Assembly: GCA_963760325.1 (NCBI GenBank)
Contig: CAVXCW010000024.1
Location: forward strand, 13,101-77,100
Length of the DNA stretch: 64,000 nucleotides
Source: an uncultured Gammaproteobacteria bacterium
Lineage (GTDB): Bacteria; Pseudomonadota; Gammaproteobacteria; Steroidobacterales; Woeseiaceae
Direction of reading: 5' to 3'
Shown here: piece by piece, positions 58,667-64,000 of the stretch
Position numbering within the stretch: the stretch's first letter is position 1
How the letters are laid out: every line of letters starts with the position of its first letter
Position numbers and translations under genes: made by a program
Notes under the pieces: generated by a model
The model's database searches: none
What the model was told of the DNA's origin: nothing
Seen by the model: the letters and a program-made list of their open reading frames with translations, nothing else

Positions 58667-60922
58667 TTAGTGCCGGACGTTTGCGCTTATGGAGTCAGCT
58701 TCGTCGAGTGCTTTTTGCAGATGTTCAACAAAGTCATCCGCTTCCATGTAACCCACCACCTCGTAGCCTTGGCGTTGCTGGCCATCCGCACCGAAGAAGA
58801 TAATGGTTGGCGGTCCAAATACGCCGAAGCGACTGAGCAAGGCCTGATCCGCTTCATCGTTATCCGTCACGTCGGCCTGCAGCCAGACCGTGTTGGAGAG
58901 CGTCGCTTGCACATCATCGTCGGTAAACGTGTAGGCCTCCATTTCTTTGCAGGATACACACCAGTCTGCGTAGAAATCCAGAAACGCAGTCTTGCCCGCG
59001 CTCGCGGCGGTCGCGAGTTCCCGATCCAGGTCAGCCACCGTCTTGACCCGTTTGAACGGCAGCGCGTGCTCTTCCTGGGCAACCATCGCGCCGCCACCCA
59101 GGTTGATGCTGGCAAGCGGCTTCAACGGATTGCTGCCGCCCGTGAGCGCTCCCAGTAAAAGAATGATGCCGTAGATAATGGCGAGAAAGCCGAAGCCCTT
59201 GCCGAGTTTTTGCGCGATCGGGGAATCGCTACTCAGTGTTGTGAGTCCGCCCATGAACACGCCCGCCATGAAAATAAGGATGGCCCAAAGCATCATCGTC
59301 ACGTTGCCGGACAGAATCCTGGATAACATCCAGATCGCGAGCCCGAGCATCATGAAGCCAAACGCATTCTTGACCGCAACCATCCAGGGGCCCGCCTTCG
59401 GCAGCAACTTGCCCTGCGCGGCGCCGACGAGCAGCAACGGGGCGCCCATCCCTAAGCTCATTGCAAACAGGGCGCTGCCGCTGCGCAGCATATCGCCGGT
59501 TTGCGCCATCACGGTAAGCGCAGCGATCAGTGCGGGTGCGACGCAGGCTGTAACGATCAAGGCCGATAGTGCACCCATGACAAATGCGCCTATCGTTGTG
59601 CCGCTCTTCTGGTTGCCGCTCACGCCCGCGAGCTTGGTCTGGACGCTGCTGGGCATTTGCAGGTCGTAAGCGCCGAACATACCGAGCGCAAGTACAACGA
59701 ACAGCGCGGAAAAGAGGATCAGAATCCACGGTTGATTGAAGGTCGCCTGAAGCTGCATGCCGGCCGCGGCGGCCGCGATGCCTGCGCCCGTGTAGACCAG
59801 GGCCATACCCATGACGTAGCTCAGCGCCAGCGAAAATCCGCGCAGCGGCGTAACGTTATCGCCTTCACCCGCGATGATGCCTGAAAGTATCGGCACCATC
59901 GGCAGGACGCAGGGCGTAAACGCGAGACCCAGACCGGCGAGGAAGAACAGTCCGGCCGCTACCCAGATACTGGAGCCCATTATGATCCCTGCCAGCCTTG
60001 CCTGTTCACTGACAGGTGCATTATTGGAAGGCACGGTCGAGATGTCCGAGACGGTCGTGGCCTCGGGCAGGCTAACGGAGATGACGCGGGTCTGAGGCAT
60101 GTAGCATAGCCCGCCCTCTGCACAACCCTGGTACTTGAGTTCGAGTTCGAGTTCCATCGCGTCCGGCGTGGCGCGCGCAATAGGCAACGGCGCCAGCACG
60201 TCCTGCAGGTAGACTTCCATCTCCCCGAAGTACTCATCGACTTTCATCTTGCCTTTCGGCAATTCGAGTCGGCCGGTCTTGGCGCGGTCGCTCAGTGCCC
60301 GGACAGAGATTTTGTCCTTGTACAGGTAGAAGCCAGGGACGACTCTGATTCCGACCTCAACCCTGTTGCCGTCGACCGGGAACACCTCGGGAAAAAAGAC
60401 CTCGTCCACGGGCGGGAATTCATTGCTTGCGTCCGAATTTGCGGCAAGTGACCCGAGCTCGAGTTTCGGTGTGCCGCTGGCAACTCGTCGTAGCTTGACC
60501 TCTTCTGTCCAGGTCTGCGGGGGATAGCACAGGCCCAGGTCGGCACAACCCTGGCTCTTGATTACGAGTGCGACTGTCTGTGGGCGGTCACCATTGACCG
60601 TATAGGGAATCGTTACGAAGAATCGATCGCGATAGACCTGTTGCTTGCCGAAGAACTCATCTTCGTGCGGCAAGCCTTCCGGTAGTTCCGGCTCTCCCAG
60701 GACAAGCGCATCATCTCCGGCCACGAACCCAAGGCGCTTGCGATAAAGGTAGTAACCGTCGGCAATGGCCCAGTCCACCTCAAAGGCGTCGCCGGTGTCC
60801 GATACGACGTACTGGAACGCTTCCGTAACCCGCAACGGTTCTTCGTCGGCGAAAGCCGGGATCGCGAGGCAAACGGCAAGAAAGACTGCTGCAAAGCTGT
60901 TTCTAATAGTGGTCATAGGCAT
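58667..60922 (-). CDS. dsbD: thiol:disulfide interchange protein DsbD with a duplicated N-terminal alpha domain
   Basis: Two DsbD-alpha-like modules (..DGYYLYRKRLGF..SQGCADLGLCYPPQTW and ..PGFYLYKDKISV..YQGCAEGGLCYMPQT). Central multi-pass TM domain (FTPCVLPMVPILSG). C-terminal thioredoxin domain (DFYADWCVSCKEME). 751 aa. Confidence 0.88.
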   Translation of the reverse strand: MPMTTIRNSFAAVFLAVCLAIPAFADEEPLRVTEAFQYVVSDTGDAFEVDWAIADGYYLYRKRLGFVAGDDALVLGEPELPEGLPHEDEFFGKQQVYRDRFFVTIPYTVNGDRPQTVALVIKSQGCADLGLCYPPQTWTEEVKLRRVASGTPKLELGSLAANSDASNEFPPVDEVFFPEVFPVDGNRVEVGIRVVPGFYLYKDKISVRALSDRAKTGRLELPKGKMKVDEYFGEMEVYLQDVLAPLPIARATPDAMELELELKYQGCAEGGLCYMPQTRVISVSLPEATTVSDISTVPSNNAPVSEQARLAGIIMGSSIWVAAGLFFLAGLGLAFTPCVLPMVPILSGIIAGEGDNVTPLRGFSLALSYVMGMALVYTGAGIAAAAAGMQLQATFNQPWILILFSALFVVLALGMFGAYDLQMPSSVQTKLAGVSGNQKSGTTIGAFVMGALSALIVTACVAPALIAALTVMAQTGDMLRSGSALFAMSLGMGAPLLLVGAAQGKLLPKAGPWMVAVKNAFGFMMLGLAIWMLSRILSGNVTMMLWAILIFMAGVFMGGLTTLSSDSPIAQKLGKGFGFLAIIYGIILLLGALTGGSNPLKPLASINLGGGAMVAQEEHALPFKRVKTVADLDRELATAASAGKTAFLDFYADWCVSCKEMEAYTFTDDDVQATLSNTVWLQADVTDNDEADQALLSRFGVFGPPTIIFFGADGQQRQGYEVVGYMEADDFVEHLQKALDEADSISANVRH

Positions 60923-61048
60923 CGATAAGGGTGTTGTGGGGGCGGCCTTAATACTCCAGGACCGGCCAGGCGAGGCGAATGTTACTCCAAACCGGGGTCG
61001 TGTCTTCGATACAGGTCTGATTTTTGGACGAAATGTGGGTCTGAAAAG

Positions 61049-61076
61049 CTTGTAATTTGACCTTTGGACCCTATCA
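61049..61076 (+). promoter_or_regulatory. sigma-32-like heat-shock promoter
   Basis: CTTGTAA-N13-CCCTATCA compared with the remembered consensus CTTGAAA-N13-15-CCCCATNT. Lies about 95 nt upstream of groES. Confidence 0.5.
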
Positions 61077-61103
61077 TTAGCACTCCTCGTGACCGAGTGC
61101 TAA
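61077..61103 (+). promoter_or_regulatory. CIRCE operator (HrcA binding site)
   Basis: TTAGCACTC-CTCGTGACC-GAGTGCTAA is a perfect match to the CIRCE consensus TTAGCACTC-N9-GAGTGCTAA. Confidence 0.85.
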
Positions 61104-61169
61104 CAACGCTCGGCCGGAACACTAGCCGAAAATCGGTTTAAATTTAACAACTTATAGGAGTTAAGCACC

Positions 61170-63178
<2,009 letters not shown>

Positions 63179-63250
63179 GGACCGCGTCTGTTCCGACAGA
63201 CGTCGCTCTCACACATCCATGTGCTTCGCGACATAAGGCCATCCTTGGCC

Positions 63251-63281
63251 AAAAAGCCCGGCTCTTGCCGGGCTTTTTTTT
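63251..63281 (+). terminator. rho-independent terminator of groESL
   Basis: AAAAAGCCCGGC-TCTT-GCCGGGC followed by T8. Confidence 0.85.
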
Positions 63282-63445
63282 GGGTCTGAACCCGAAAACT
63301 TGCCAGTGGATTGAACGTCTGCTTTCACTCATAGCGGTCTTTCAGGCGTCGCAAAAATCACCAATATGACAGGCGCAAACAGCCGATAGCGGATGTCCGG
63401 AGTTCGTGTTCTCAATGCTGACTTGACGACGCTACAGTGCCCCGC

Positions 63446-64000
63446 CTATCTCTTGGGGCGAAGTCTCGCTGCGGGAACATGGGAGGGCTTCTTGTCATTT
63501 ATTCTACTGAGCCATTCGCCCGCGCTGACTCCTCTGAATTTTCGGTCAAGGAATAACGCGTCGGATTGCGTCATCGTGTGCTGTATCCCACCTGGCAGGA
63601 AGGTCGCCCAGTCGTGCCCAATATGGTTGTCGCGAAGTGCGTATAGGCTAAAGCGATAGTTAATAATATTTACCCCGGCGCCTCCGCAAGCGCGAGATTC
63701 ATCATTGTAGAGAATAACGCCTGCAAGGTCGGCGTCCGCGGACGCGAAAGCATAGCGACCGCGCGGATAAGTATGACTGAGAAAGCTGTACAATTTGAGC
63801 AGACCGCCTTTGGACGGATCAGCACATTCGGGGCAACTGTCTGGGAGCTGTAAATCAAAGGTTGTAGTCATTTTGCGTTGAAAACAGGCCGTTCGAATCG
63901 CTGACTCGGGAATTATCGGAGCCGAATCCACTAGCGCCGCAACGGATCTGCCGTCAAATGCTTCTACAACCTGCGGGTAGTTAATCAGTACGCCGAACCC
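63446..64000 (-). CDS. hypothetical protein, 5' end probably beyond the window edge
   Basis: The track ORF 63446..63931 stays open in the same frame up to position 64000 (..GFGVLINYPQVVEAFDGRSVAALVDSAP..). No family recognised. The region looks slightly less GC-rich than the rest. Confidence 0.35.
   Translation of the reverse strand, partial: GFGVLINYPQVVEAFDGRSVAALVDSAPIIPESAIRTACFQRKMTTTFDLQLPDSCPECADPSKGGLLKLYSFLSHTYPRGRYAFASADADLAGVILYNDESRACGGAGVNIINYRFSLYALRDNHIGHDWATFLPGGIQHTMTQSDALFLDRKFRGVSAGEWLSRINDKKPSHVPAARLRPKR

Overview
This is a GC-rich chromosomal segment (GC judged by eye, not computed). Its gene order looks like a free-living, probably marine, gammaproteobacterium with Pseudomonadales/Cellvibrionales-like synteny; that placement is inference only. 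The content is almost entirely core or housekeeping. In order: gloA, lipA, sohB, an M48 protease and an L,D-transpeptidase. Next come an orphan tail-sheath-like gene, then an ECF sigma / anti-sigma / LTXXQ / DUF1800 / DUF1501 run, then two adjacent membrane GTPase-DUF697 paralogs. These are followed by plsB, trhO, a Cus-type RND efflux cluster with copA, cysQ, yrfG and the block rhlB-trxA-rho. After that come a FecI/FecR/TonB-receptor signalling module, a beta carbonic anhydrase and moeA, then the conserved block purD-purH-fis-dusB-(DUF3426)-prmA-accC-accB-aroQ-(tlpA-like)-dsbD, and finally groES-groEL. I saw no rRNA, tRNA, CRISPR array, transposase, integrase or recognisable defence genes. 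I did not find a convincing novel multi-gene system. The best candidates are: (1) the orphan contractile-sheath gene directly upstream of the ECF/DUF1800/DUF1501 operon; (2) the twin GTPase-DUF697 pair; (3) three kinds of small palindromic elements, namely a 57-nt REP-like element fused to stop codons, a 166-bp TIR-flanked MITE-like element, and a nested palindrome. The most striking property of the window is technical or evolutionary. At least eleven single-base frame disruptions, and probably thirteen, hit conserved genes, including the essential accB and groES. All 'pseudogene' calls below therefore mean 'as sequenced', and most are likely assembly or sequencing indels. All family assignments come from motif recognition by eye, not from searches.
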